From the NCBI GenBank assembly GCA_964016885.1, contig OZ024742.1, positions 284,828,001-284,892,000 of the forward strand: a DNA stretch of 64,000 bases. The letters are read 5' to 3'. The first letter of the stretch is position 1. Every line of letters begins with the position of its first letter. Under the pieces are notes generated by a model. That model had not been told where the DNA came from. It did not search any database and was given only the letters and a program-made list of their open reading frames with translations. Source of the DNA: Eledone cirrhosa (Eukaryota). A program made the translations under genes and the position numbers. This document shows positions 19,201 through 36,107 of this stretch, one piece after another.

Positions 19201-20750
19201 CCATTACTACAAACCCCACCACCACCATTACCACAAACACCACCACCACCATTACCACAAACCCCCACCACAACCATTACTACAAACACCACCACCGCCA
19301 TTACTACAAACACCCCCACCACCATTACCACAAACACCACCACCACCATTACCACAAACACCCCCACCACCATTACTACAAACCCCAACACCACCATTAC
19401 TACAAACACCACCACCACCATTACTACAAACACCACCACCACCATTACTACAAACCCCACCACCACCATTACCACAAACACCACCACCACCTTTACCACA
19501 AACCCCCACCACAACCATTACTACAAACACCACCACCGTCATTACTACAAACACCCCCACCACCATTACCACAAACACCACCACCACCATTACCACAAAC
19601 ACCCCCACCACCATTACTACAAACCCCACCACCACCATTACTACAAACACCACCACCACCATTACTACAAACACCACCACCACCATTACTACAAACCCCA
19701 CCACCACCATTACCACAAACACCACCACCACCATTACCACAAACCCCCACCACAACCATTACTACAAACACCACCACCGCCATCACTACAAACACCCCCA
19801 CCACCATTACCACAAACACCACCACCACCATTACCACAAACACCCCCACCACCATTACTACAAACCCCACCACCACCATTACTACAAACACCACCCACCA
19901 CCATTACTACAAACACCACCACCACCATTACTACAAACCCCACCACCACCATTACCACAAACACCACCACCACCATTACCACAAACCCCCACCACAACCA
20001 TTACTACAAACACCACGACCGCCATTACTACAAACACCCCACCACCATTACCACAAACACCACCACCACCATTACCACAAACACCCCCACCACCATTACT
20101 ACAAACCCCACCACCACCATTACCACAAACACCCCCACCACCATTACTACAAACACCACCACCACCATTACTACAAACACCACGACCACCATTACTACAA
20201 AGAATACCACCACCATTACTACAAACACCACCACCACCATTACCTCAAACACCACCACCACCATTACCACAAACACCACCACCACCATTACTACAAACAC
20301 CACCACCACCATTACTACGAACACCACCACCACCATTACAACAAACACTACCACCACCATTACTACAAACACTACCACCACCATTACTACAAACACTACC
20401 ACCACCATTACTACAAACACCACCACCATCATCATTACTACACACACCACCACCACCATTACCACAAACACCACCACCACCATTACTACAAACACTCCCA
20501 CCAGCATTACCACAAACACCACCACCACCATTACCTCAAACACCACCACCACCATTACCACAAACACCACCACTACCATTATTACAAACACCACCACCAC
20601 CATTACCACAAACACCACCACCACCATTACCACAAACACCACCACCACCATTACTACAAAGACCACCACCATCATCATTACTACACACACCACCACCACC
20701 ATTACCACAAACACCACCACCAGCATTACTACAAACACCACCACCAGCAT
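7290..20750. repeat. Dispersed higher-order duplication, offset about 9.9 kb (about 7290-10870 vs 17220-20750)
   Basis: ORF ends 7812/17742 and 7931/17861 differ by 9930. The offset falls to about 9883 after loss of two monomers (10653/20536). Shared markers include attaacac, attaccgcaa, aaaccacacc, acaaagaatac and attacctcaaac. Confidence 0.85.
9110..17456. repeat. Near-identical tandem duplication, period 4186 bp (about 9110-13270 and 13296-17456)
   Basis: ORF pairs 9370/13556, 9611/13797, 9852/14038, 10145/14331, 10362/14548, 10653/14839 and 12352/16538 are all offset by exactly 4186 with essentially identical translations. One visible difference: accagaaac ~9638 vs actacaaac ~13824. Confidence 0.93.
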
Positions 20751-23700
20751 TACCACAAACACCACCACCACCATTACCACAAACACCACCCACCATTACT
20801 ACAAACACCACCACCACCATTACAAACACCACCACCACCATTACTACAAACACCACCACCACCATTACTACAAACACCACCTCCATTACTACAAACACCA
20901 CCACCATTACCACAAACCCCACCACCACCATTACCACAAACACCACCACCACCATTACTACAAACACCACCACCACCATTACCACAAACACCACCATTAC
21001 TACAAACACCACCACCACCATATACTACAAACACCACCACCACCATTACCACAAACACCACCACCACCATTACTACAAACACCACCACCACCATTACTAC
21101 AAACACCACCACCACCATTACCACAAACACCACCACCAACATTACTACAAACACCACCACCACCATTACTACAAACACCACCACCACCATTACTACAAAC
21201 ACCACCACCACCATTACCACAAATACCACCACCACCATTACTACAAACACCACCACCGCCATTACTACAAACACCACCACCGCCATTACTACAAACACCA
21301 CCACCACCATTACTACAAACACCACCACCACCATTACTACAAACACCACCACCTCCATTACTACAAACACCACCACCACCAATACCACAAACCCCACCAC
21401 CACCATTACCACAAACACCACCACCACCATTACTACAAACACCACCACCACCATTACTACAAACACCACCACCACCATTACTACAAACACCACCACCACC
21501 ATTACTACAAACACCACCACCACCATTACTACAAACACCACCACCACCATTACCACAAACACCACCACCACCATTACTACAAACACCACCACCACCATTA
21601 CTACAAACACCACCACCACCATTACTACAAACACCACCACCACCATTACCACAAACACCACCACCACCATTACTACAAACACCACCACCAACATTACTAC
21701 AAACACCACCACCACCATTACTACAAACACCACCACCACCATTACTACAAACACCACCACCTCCATTACTACAAACAACACCACCACCATTACTACAAAC
21801 ACCACGACCACCATTACTACAAACACCACCACCGCCATTACTACAAACACCACCACCTCCATTACTACAAACACCACCACCACCATTACTACAAACACCA
21901 CCACCACCATTACTACAAACACCACCACCGCCATTACTACAAACACCACCACCACCATTACTACAAACACCACCACCACCATTACTACAAACACCACCAC
22001 CTCCATTACTACAAACACCACCACCACCATTACTACAAACACCACCACCACCATTACTACAAACACCACCACCTCCATTACTACAAACACCACCACCGCC
22101 ATTACTACAAACACCCCCACCACCATTACCACAAACACCACCACCACCATTACCACAAACACCACCACCACCATTACTACAAACACCACCACCACCATTA
22201 CTACAAACACCACCACCTCCATTACTACAAACACCACCACCGCCATTACTACAAACACCCCCACCACCATTACCACAAACACCACCACCACCATTACCAC
22301 AAACACCACCACCACCATTACCACAAACACCACCACCACCATTACTACAAACACCACCACCACCACCATTACTACACACACCACCACCACCATTATTACA
22401 AACACCACCACCACCATTACCACAAACACCACCACCACCATTACCACAAACACCACCACCACCATTACTACAAAGACCACCACCACCATTACTACACACA
22501 CCACCACCACCATTTCCACAAACACCACCACCACCATTACTACAAACACTCCCACCACCATTACCACAAACACCACCACCACCATTACCACAAACAACAC
22601 CACCACCATTACTACAAACACCACCACCACCATTACTACACACACCACCACCACCATTACCACAAACACCACCACCACCATTACTACAAACATTCCCACC
22701 ACCATTACCACAAACACCACCACCACCATTACTACAAACACCACCACCACCATTACCACAAACCCCACCACCACCATTACTACAAACCCCACCACCACCA
22801 TTACCACAAACCCTCCACCACCATTACTACAAATACCACCACCACCATTACTACAAAGACCACCACCACCATTACCACAAACCCCACCACCACCATTACT
22901 ACAAACCCCACCACCACCATTACCACAAACCCTCCACCACCATTACTACACACACCACCACCACCATTATTACAAACACCACCACCACCACCATTACTAC
23001 ACACACCACCACCACCATTACTACAAACACCCCCACCACCATTACTACCAACACCACCACCACCACCATTACTACACACACCACCACCACCATTACTACA
23101 AACACCCCCACCACCATTACTACAAACACCACCACCACCATTACCACAAACACCACCACCGCCATTACTACAAACATCACCACCGCCATTACCACAAACA
23201 CCACCACCACCATTACTACAAACACCACCACCACCATTACCACAAACCCACCACCACCATTACTACAAACACCACCACCACCATTACTACAAACACCCCC
23301 ACCAGCATTACCACAAACACCCCCACCACCATTACTACCAACACCACCACCACCATTACTACAAACACCACCACCACTTTTACTACAAACACCCCCACCA
23401 CCATTACCACAAACACCCCCACCACCATTACTACAAACACCACCACCACCATTACTACAAACACTACCACCACCACAAACACCACCACCACCATTACTAC
23501 AAACACCCCCACGACCATTACTACAAACACCCCCACGACCATTACTACAAACACCCCCACCACCATTACCACAAACACCACCACCACCATTACTACAAAC
23601 ACCACCACCACCATTACCACAAACACCACCACCACCATTACTACAAACACCACCACCACCATTACCACAAACACCACCACCACCATTACTACAAACACCA

Positions 23701-26700
23701 CCACCACCATTACTACAAACCCCACCACCACCATTACTACAAACACCACCACCACCATTACTACAAACCCCACCACCACCATTACTACAAACACCACCAC
23801 CACCATTACCACAAACACCACCACCACCATTACTACAAACACCACCACTGCCATTACCACAAACACCACCACTGCCATTACTACAAACACCACCACTGCC
23901 ATTACTACAAACACCACCACCACCATTACCACAAAGACCACCACCACCATTACTACAAACACCACCACCACCATTACTACAAACCCCACCACCACCATTA
24001 CTACAAACACCACCACCACCATTACTACAAACCCCACAACCACCATTACTACAAACACCACCACCACCATTACCACAAACACCACCACCACCATTACTAC
24101 AAACACCACCACCACCATTACCACAAACACCACCACCACCATTACTACAAACACCACCACCATCATTACCACAAACACCACCACCACCATTACTACAAAC
24201 ACCCCCACCACCATTACCACAAACACCACCACCACCATTACTACAAACACCACCACCACCATTACTACAAACACCACCACCACCATTACTACAAACCCCA
24301 CCACCACCATTACCACAAACACCACCACCACCATTACCACAAACCCCCACCACAACCATTACTACAAACACCACCACCGCCATTACTACAAACACCCCCA
24401 CCACCATTACCACAAACACCACCACCACCATTACCACAAACACCCCCACCACCATTACTACAAACCCCACCACCACCATTACTACAAACACCACCACCAC
24501 CATTACTACAAACACCACCACCACCATTACTACAAACCCCACCACCACCATTACCACAAACACCACCACCACCATTACCACAAACCCCCACCACAACCAT
24601 TACTACAAACACCACCACCGCAATTACTACAAACACCCCCACCACCATTACCACAAACACCACCACCACCATTACCACAAACACCCCCACCACCATTACT
24701 ACAAACCCCACCACCACCATTACTACAAACACCACCACCACCATTACTACAAACACCACCATTACTACAAACCCCACCACCACCATTACCACAAACACCA
24801 CCACCACCATTACCACAAACCCCCACCACAACCATTACTACAAACACCCCCACCGCCATTACTACAAACACCCCCACCACCATTACCACGAACACCACCA
24901 CCACCATTACCACAAACACCCCCACCACCATTACTACAAACCCCACCACCACCATTACCACAAACCCCACCACCACCATTACTACAAACACCACCACCAC
25001 CACCATTACTACAAACACCACCACCACCATTACCACAAACCCCACCACCACCATTACTACAAACACCACCACCACCATTACTACAAACACGACCACCACC
25101 ACCATTACCACAAACACCACCACCACCATTACTACAAACACCACCACCACCATTACCACAGACCCCACCACCACCATTACTACAAACACCACCACCACCA
25201 TTACTACAAACACGACCACCACCACCATTACCAAAAACACCACCACCACCATTATTACAAACACCACCACCACCATTACTACAAACACCACCACCACCAT
25301 TACTACAAACCCCACCACCACCATTACCACAAACACCACCACCATCATTACCACAAACCCCCACCACAACCATTACTACAAACACCACCACCGCCATTAC
25401 TACAAACACCCCCACCACCATTACCACAAACACCACCACCACCATTACCACAAACACCCCCACCACCATTACTACAAACCCCACCACCACCATTACTACA
25501 AACACCACCACCACCATTACTACAAACACCACCACCACCATTACTACAAACCCCACCACCACCATTACCACAAACACCACCACCACCATTACCACAAACC
25601 CCCACCACAACCATTACTACAAACACCACCACCGCAATTACTACAAACACCCCCACCACCATTACCACAAACACCACCACCACCATTACCACAAACACCC
25701 CCACCACCATTACTACAAACCCCACCACCACCATTACTACAAACACCACCACCACCATTACTACAAACACCACCATTACTACAAACCCCACCACCACCAT
25801 TACCACAAACACCACCACCACCATTACCACAAACCCCCACCACAACCATTACTACAAACACCCCCACCGCCATTACTACAAACACCCCCACCACCATTAC
25901 CACGAACACCACCACCACCATTACCACAAACACCCCCACCACCATTACTACAAACCCCACCACCACCATTACCACAAACCCCACCACCACCATTACTACA
26001 AACACCACCACCACCACCATTACTACAAACACCACCACCACCATTACCACAAACCCCACCACCACCATTACTACAAACACCACCACCACCATTACTACAA
26101 ACACGACCACAACCACCATTACCACAAACACCACCACCACCATTACTACAAACACCACCACCACCATTACCACAGACCCCACCACCACCATTACTACAAA
26201 CACCACCACCACCATTACTACAAACACGACCACCACCACCATTACCAAAAACACCACCACCACCATTATTACAAACACCACCACCACCATTACTACAAAC
26301 ACCACCACCACCATTACTACAAACACCACCACCACCATTACTACAAACACCACCACCACCATTACTACAAACACCACCACCTCCATTACTACAAACACCA
26401 CCACCACCAATACCACAAACCCCACCACCACCATTACCACAAACACCACCACCACCATTACTACAAACACCACCACCACCATTACTACAAACACCACCAC
26501 CACCATTACCACAAACACCACCACCACCATTACCACAAACACCACCACCACCATTACTACAAACACCACCACCACCATTACTACAAACAGCACCACCTCC
26601 ATTACTACAAACACCAACACCACCATTACCACAAACCCCACCACCACCATTACCACAAACACGACCACCACCATTACTACAAACACCACCACCACCATTA

Positions 26701-29700
26701 CTACAAACACCACCACCACCATTACTACAAACACCACCACCACCATTACTACAAACACCACCACCTCCATTACTACAAACACCACCACCACCATTACCCC
26801 AAACCCCACCACCACCATTACCACAAACACCACCACCACCATTACTACAAACACCACCACCACCATTACTACAAACACCACCACCACCATTACTACAAAC
26901 ACCACCACCACCATTACCACAAACACCACCACCACCATTACTACAAACACCACCACCACCATTACTACAAACACCACCACCACCATTACCACAAACACCA
27001 CCACCACCATTACTACAAACACCACCACCACCATTACTACAAACACCACCACCACCATTACTACAAACACCACCACCACCATTACCACAAACACCTCCAC
27101 CACCATTACTACAAACACCACCACCGCCATTTCTACAAACACCACCACCGCCATTACTACAAACACCACCACCGCCATTACTACAAACACCCCCACCACC
27201 ATTACCACAAACACTACCACCACCATTACTACAAACACCACCACCGCCATTACTACAAATACCACCACCACCATTACCACAAACACCACCACCACCATTA
27301 CCACAAACACCACCACCACCATTACCACAAACACCACCACCACCATTACTACAAACACCACCACTGCCATTACTACAAACACCCCCACCACCATTACCAC
27401 AAACACCACCACCACCATTACTACAAACACCTCCACCACCATTACTACAAACACCACCACCGCCATTACTACAAACACCCCCACCACCATTACCACAAAC
27501 ACCACCACCACCATTACCACAAACCCCCACCACAACCATTACTACAAACACCACCACCGCCATTACTACAAACACCCCCACCACCATTACCACAAACACC
27601 ACCACCACCATTACCACAAACACCCCCACCACCATTACTACAAACCCCAACACCACCACCACCATTACTACAAACACCACCACCACCATTACTACAAACC
27701 CCACCACCACCATTACCACAAACACCACCACCACCTTTACCACAAACCCCCACCACAACCATTACTACAAACACCACCACCGTCATTACTACAAACACCC
27801 CCACCACCATTACCACAAACACCACCACCACCATTACCACAAACACCCCCACCACCATTACTACAAACCCCACCACCACCATTACTACAAACACCACCAC
27901 CACCATTACTACAAACACCACCACCACCATTACTACAAACCCCACCACCACCATTACCACAAACACCACCACCACCATTACCACAAACCCCCACCACAAC
28001 CATTACTACAAACACCACCACCGCCATCACTACAAACACCCCCACCACCATTACCACAAACACCACCACCACCATTACCACAAACACCCCCACCACCATT
28101 ACTACAAACCCCACCACCACCATTACTACAAACACCACCACCACCATTACTACAAACACCACCACCACCATTACTACAAACCCCACCACCACCATTACCA
28201 CAAACACCACCACCACCATTACCACAAACCCCCACCACAACCATTACTACAAACACCACGACCGCCATTACTACAAACACCCCACCACCATTACCACAAA
28301 CACCACCACCACCATTACCAGAAACACCCCCACCACCATTACTACAAACCCCACCACCACCATTACTACAAACACCACCACCACCATTACCACAAACACC
28401 ACCACCACCATTACTACAAACACCACCACCACCATTACCACAAACACCACCACCACCATTACTACAAACACCACCACCATCATTACCACAAACACCACCA
28501 CCACCATTACTACAAACACCCCCACCACCATTACCACAAACACCACCACCACCATTACTACAAACACCACCACCACCATTACTACAAACACCACCACCAC
28601 CATTACTACAAACCCCACCACCACCATTACCACAAACACCACCACCACCATTACCACAAACCCCCACCACAACCATTACTACAAACACCACCACCGCCAT
28701 TACTACGAACACCCCCACCACCATTACCACAAACACCACCACCACCATTACCACAAACACCCCCACCACCATTACTACAAACCCCACCACCACCATTACT
28801 ACAAACACCACCACCACCATTACTACAAACACCACCACCACCATTACTACAAACCCCACCACCACCATTACCACAAACACCACCACCACCATTACCACAA
28901 ACACCCACCACAACCATTACTACAAACACCACCACCGCAATTACTACAAACACCCCCACCACCATTACCACAAACACCACCACCACCATTACCACAAACA
29001 CCCCCACCACCATTACTACAAACCCCACCACCACCATTACTACAAACACCACCACCACCATTACTACAAACACCACCATTACTACAAACCCCACCACCAC
29101 CATTACCACAAACACCACCACCACCATTACCACAAACCCCCACCTCAACCATTACTACAAACACCCCCACCGCCATTACTACAAACACCCCCACCACCAT
29201 TACCACGAACACCACCACCACCATTACCACAAACACCCCCACCACCATTACTACAAACCCCACCACCACCATTACCACAAACCCCACCACCACCATTACT
29301 ACAAACACCACCACCACCATTACTACAAACAGCACCACCTCCATTACTACAAACACCAACACCACCATTACCACAAACCCCACCACCACCATTACCACAA
29401 ACACGACCACCACCATTACTACAAACACCACCACCACCATTACTACAAACACCACCACCACCATTACTACAAACACCACCACCACCATTACTACAAACAC
29501 CACCACCTCCATTACTACAAACACCACCACCACCATTACCACAAACCCCACCACCACCATTACCACAAACACCACCACCACCATTACTACAAACACCACC
29601 ACCACCATTACCACAAACACCACCATTACTACAAACACCACCACCACCATTACTACAAACACCACCACCACCATTACCACAAACACCACCACCACCATTA

Positions 29701-32700
29701 CTACAAACACCACCACCACCATTACTACAAACACCACCACCACCATTACCACAAACACCACCACCACCATTACTACAAACACCACCACCACCATTACTAC
29801 AAACACCACCACCACCATTACTACAAACACCACCACCACCATTACCACAAATACCACCACCACCATTACTACAAACACCACCACCGCCATTACTACAAAC
29901 ACCACCACCGCCATTACTACAAACACCACCACCACCATTACTACAAACACCACCACCACCATTACTACAAACACCACCACCTCCATTACTACAAACACCA
30001 CCACCACCAATACCACAAACCCCACCACCACCATTACCACAAACACCACCACCACCATTACTACAAACACCACCACCACCATTACTACAAACACCACCAC
30101 CACCATTACTACAAACACCACCACCACCATTACTACAAACACCACCACCACCATTACTACAAACACCACCACCACCATTACCACAAACACCACCACCACC
30201 ATTACTACAAACACCACCACCACCATTACTACAAACACCACCACCACCATTACTACAAACACCACCACCACCATTACCACAAACACCACCACCACCATTA
30301 CTACAAACACCACCACCAACATTACTACAAACACCACCACCACCATTACTACAAACACCACCACCACCATTACTACAAACACCACCACCTCCATTACTAC
30401 AAACAACACCACCACCATTACTACAAACACCACGACCACCATTACTACAAACACCACCACCGCCATTACTACAAACACCACCACCTCCATTACTACAAAC
30501 ACCACCACCACCATTACTACAAACACCACCACCACCATTACTACAAACACCACCACCGCCATTACTACAAACACCACCACCACCATTACTACAAACACCA
30601 CCACCACCATTACTACAAACACCACCACCTCCATTACTACAAACACCACCACCACCATTACTACAAACACCACCACCACCATTACTACAAACACCACCAC
30701 CTCCATTACTACAAACACCACCACCGCCATTACTACAAACACCCCCACCTATTACCACAAACACCACCACCACCATTACCACAAACACCACCACCACCAT
30801 TACTACAAACACCACCACCACCATTACTACAAACACCACCACCTCCATTACTACAAACACCACCACCGCCATTACTACAAACACCCCCACCACCTTTACC
30901 ACAAACACCACCACCACCATTACCACAAACACCACCACCACCATTACCACAAACACCACCACCACCATTACTACAAACACCACCACCACCACCATTACTA
31001 CACACACCACCACCACCATTATTACAAACACCACCACCACCATTACCACAAACACCACGACCACCATTACCACAAACACCACCACCACCATTACTACAAA
31101 GACCACCACCACCATTACTACACACACCACCACCACCATTTCCACAAACACCACCACCACCATTACTACAAACACTCCCACCACCATTACCACAAACACC
31201 ACCACCACCATTACCACAAACACCACCACCACCATTACTACAAACACCACCACCACCATTACTACACACACCACCACCACCATTACCACAAACACCACCA
31301 CCACCATTACTACAAACATTCCCACCACCATTACCACAAACACCACCACCACCATTACTACAAACACCACCACCACCATTACCACAAACCCCACCACCAC
31401 CATTACTACAAACCCCACCACCACCATTACCACAAACCCTCCACCACCATTACTACAAATACCACCACCACCATTACTACAAAGACCACCACCACCATTA
31501 CCACAAACCCCACCACCACCATTACTACAAACCCCACCACCACCATTACCACAAACCCTCCACCACCATTACTACACACACCACCACCACCATTATTACA
31601 AACACCACCACCACCACCATTACTACACACACCACCACCACCATTACTACAAACACCCCCACCACCATTACTACCAACACCACCACCACCACCATTACTA
31701 CACACACCACCACCACCATTACTACAAACACCCCCACCACCATTACTACAAACACCACCACCACCATTACCACAAACACCACCACCGCCATTACTACAAA
31801 CATCACCACCGCCATTACCACAAACACCACCACCACCATTACTACAAACACCACCACCACCATTACCACAAACCCACCACCACCATTACTACAAACACCA
31901 CCACCACCATTACTACAAACACCCCCACCAGCATTACCACAAACACCCCCACCACCATTACTACCAACACCACCACCACCATTACTACAAACACCACCAC
32001 CACCTTTACTACAAACACCCCCACCACCATTACCACAAACACCCCCACCACCATTACTACAAACACCACCACCACCATTACTACAAACACTACCACCACC
32101 ACAAACACCACCACCACCATTACTACAAACACCCCCACGACCATTACTACAAACACCCCCACCACCATTACCACAAACACCACCACCACCATTACTACAA
32201 ACACCACCACCACCATTACCACAAACACCACCACCACCATTACTACAAACACCACCACCACCATTACCACAAACACCACCACCACCATTACTACAAACAC
32301 CACCACCACCATTACTACAAACCCCACCACCACCATTACTACAAACACCACCACCACCATTACTACAAACCCCACCACCACCATTACTACAAACACCACC
32401 ACCACCATTACCACAAACACCACCACCACCATTACTACAAACACCACCACTGCCATTACCACAAACACCACCACTGCCATTACTACAAACACCACCACTG
32501 CCATTACTACAAACACCACCACCACCATTACCACAAAGACCACCACCACCATTACTACAAACACCACCACCACTATTACTACAAACCCCACCACCACCAT
32601 TACTACAAACACCACCACCACCATTACTACAAACCCCACCACCACCATTACTACAAACACCACCACCACCATTACCACAAACACCACCACCACCATTACT

Positions 32701-34460
32701 ACAAACACCACCACCACCATTACCACAAACACCACCACCACCATTACTACAAACACCACCACCATCATTACCACAAACACCACCACCACCATTACTACAA
32801 ACACCCCCACCACCATTACCACAAACACCACCACCACCATTACTACAAACACCACCACCACCATTACTACAAACACCACCACCACCATTACTACAAACCC
32901 CACCACCACCATTACCACAAACACCACCACCACCATTACCACAAACCCCCACCACAACCATTACTACAAACACCACCACCGCCATTACTACAAACACCCC
33001 CACCACCATTACCACAAACACCACCACCACCATTACCACAAACACCCCCACCACCATTACTACAAACCCCACCACCACCATTACTACAAACACCACCACC
33101 ACCATTACTACAAACACCACCACCACCATTACTACAAACCCCACCACCACCATTACCACAAACACCACCACCACCATTACCACAAACCCCCACCACAACC
33201 ATTACTACAAACACCACCACCGCAATTACTACAAACACCCCCACCACCATTACCACAAACACCACCACCACCATTACCACAAACACCCCCACCACCATTA
33301 CTACAAACCCCACCACCACCATTACTACAAACACCACCACCACCATTACTACAAACACCACCATTACTACAAACCCCACCACCACCATTACCACAAACAC
33401 CACCACCACCATTACCACAAACCCCCACCTCAACCATTACTACAAACACCCCCACCGCCATTACTACAAACACCCCCACCACCATTACCACGAACACCAC
33501 CACCACCATTACCACAAACACCCCCACCACCATTACTACAAACCCCACCACCACCATTACCACAAACCCCACCACCACCATTACTACAAACACCACCACC
33601 ACCACCATTACTACAAACACCACCACCACCATTACCACAAACCCCACCACCACCATTACTACAAACACCACCACCACCATTACTACAAACACGACCACCA
33701 CCACCATTACCACAAACACCACCACCACCATTACTACAAACACCACCACCACCATTACCACAGACCCCACCACCACCATTACTACAAACACCACCACCAC
33801 CATTACTACAAACACGACCACCACCACCATTACCAAAAACACCACCACCACCATTATTACAAACACCACCACCACCATTACTACAAACACCACCACCACC
33901 ATTACTACAAACCCCACCACCACCATTACCACAAACACCACCACCATCATTACCACAAACCCCCACCACAACCATTACTACAAACACCACCACCGCCATT
34001 ACTACAAACACCCCCACCACCATTACCACAAACACCACCACCACCATTACCACAAACACCCCCACCACCATTACTACAAACCCCACCACCACCATTACTA
34101 CAAACACCACCACCACCATTACTACAAACACCACCACCACCATTACTACAAACCCCACCACCACCATTACCACAAACACCACCACCACCATTACCACAAA
34201 CCCCCACCACAACCATTACTACAAACACCACCACCGCAATTACTACAAACACCCCCACCACCATTACCACAAACACCACCACCACCATTACCACAAACAC
34301 CCCCACCACCATTACTACAAACACCACCACCACCATTACTACAAACACCACCACCACCATTACTACAAACACCACCATTACTACAAACCCCACCACCACC
34401 ATTACCACAAACACCACCACCACCATTACCACAAACCCCCACCACAACCATTACTACAAA
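9370..34460. repeat. Dispersed clusters of a 241-bp (10-monomer + 1 bp) higher-order unit marked by the 25-bp monomer AAC CCCC ACC ACA ACC ATT
   Basis: The C5 marker lies at 9380/9621/9862/10103, 12697/12938, 13566/13807/14048/14289, 16883/17124, 19262/19503/19744/19986, 24344/24585/24820, 25358/25599/25834, 27524/27747/27988/28229, 28661/~28902/29137, 32946/33187/33422 and 33960/34201/34436. Spacing is mostly 241 (also 235, 223, 242). Confidence 0.9.
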
Positions 34461-36107
34461 CACCCCCACCGCCATTACTACAAACACCCCCACCACCATT
34501 ACCACGAACACCACCACCACCATTACCACAAACACCCCCACCACCATTACTACAAACCCCACCACCACCATTACCACAAACCCCACCACCACCATTACTA
34601 CAAACACCACCACCACCACCATTACTACAAACACCACCACCACCATTACCACAAACCCCACCACCACCATTACTACACACACCACCACCACCATTACTAC
34701 AAACACGACCACCACCACCATTACCACAAACACCACCACCACCATTACTACAAACACCACCACCACCATTACCACAGACCCCACCACCACCATTACTACA
34801 AACACCACCACCACCATTACTACAAACACGACCACCACCACCATTACCAAAAACACCACCACCACCATTATTACAAACACCACCACCACCATTACTACAA
34901 ACACCACCACCACCATTACTACAAACACCACCACCACCATTACTACAAACACCACCACCACCATTACTACAAACACCACCACCTCCATTACTACAAACAC
35001 CACCACCACCAATACCACAAACCCCACCACCACCATTACCACAAACACCACCACCACCATTACTACAAACACCACCACCACCATTACTACAAACACCACC
35101 ACCACCATTACCACAAACACCACCACCACCATTACCACAAACACCACCACCACCATTACTACAAACACCACCACCACCATTACTACAAACAGCACCACCT
35201 CCATTACTACAAACACCAACACCACCATTACCACAAACCCCACCACCACCATTACCACAAACACGACCACCACCATTACTACAAACACCACCACCACCAT
35301 TACTACAAACACCACCACCACCATTACTACAAACACCACCACCACCATTACTACAAACACCACCACCTCCATTACTACAAACACCACCACCACCATTACC
35401 CCAAACCCCACCACCACCATTACCACAAACACCACCACCACCATTACTACAAACACCACCACCACCATTACTACAAACACCACCACCACCATTACTACAA
35501 ACACCACCACCACCATTACCACAAACACCACCACCACCATTACTACAAACACCACCACCACCATTACTACAAACACCACCACCACCATTACCACAAACAC
35601 CACCACCACCATTACTACAAACACCACCACCACCATTACTACAAACACCACCACCACCATTACTACAAACACCACCACCACCATTACCACAAACACCTCC
35701 ACCACCATTACTACAAACACCACCACCGCCATTACTACAAACACCACCACCGCCATTACTACAAACACCACCACCGCCATTACTACAAACACCCCCACCA
35801 CCATTACCACAAACACTACCACCACCATTACTACAAACACCACCACCGCCATTACTACAAATACCACCACCACCATTACCACAAACACCACCACCACCAT
35901 TACCACAAACACCACCACCACCATTACCACAAACACCACCACCACCATTACTACAAACACCACCACTGCCATTACTACAAACACCCCCACCACCATTACC
36001 ACAAACACCACCACCACCATTACTACAAACACCTCCACCACCATTACTACAAACACCACCACCGCCATTACTACAAACACCCCCACCACCATTACCACAA
36101 ACACCAC
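20780..36107. repeat. Higher-order duplication, offset 8626 then 8602 bp (about 20780-27505 vs 29400-36107)
   Basis: ORF ends 22801/31427, 22920/31546 and 23237/31863 differ by 8626. ORF ends 24334/32936, 24575/33177, 25348/33950 and 25589/34191 differ by 8602 (one acccccacgacc monomer lost). Shared markers: catttccaca, aacattccc, aacatcacc. Confidence 0.9.
24240..26300. repeat. Nested 1014-bp tandem duplication (repeated at about 32840-34900 inside the 8.6-kb duplicate)
   Basis: ORFs 24334..24831 vs 25348..25845 and 32936..33433 vs 33950..34447 are offset by 1014. Markers accgcaatt, accacgaac, acagacccc and accaaaaac each recur at +1014. Confidence 0.88.

Noticed and set aside
5825-30755. 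Isolated frameshifts at ~5830 (C6 vs C5 in the paralogues ~11190/15376) and ~30750 (acctatt vs accaccatt at ~22120)
   Set aside because: Each is a single-copy indel absent from near-identical paralogues. They are most simply consensus errors or trivial recent mutations, not programmed frameshift or phase-variation sites.
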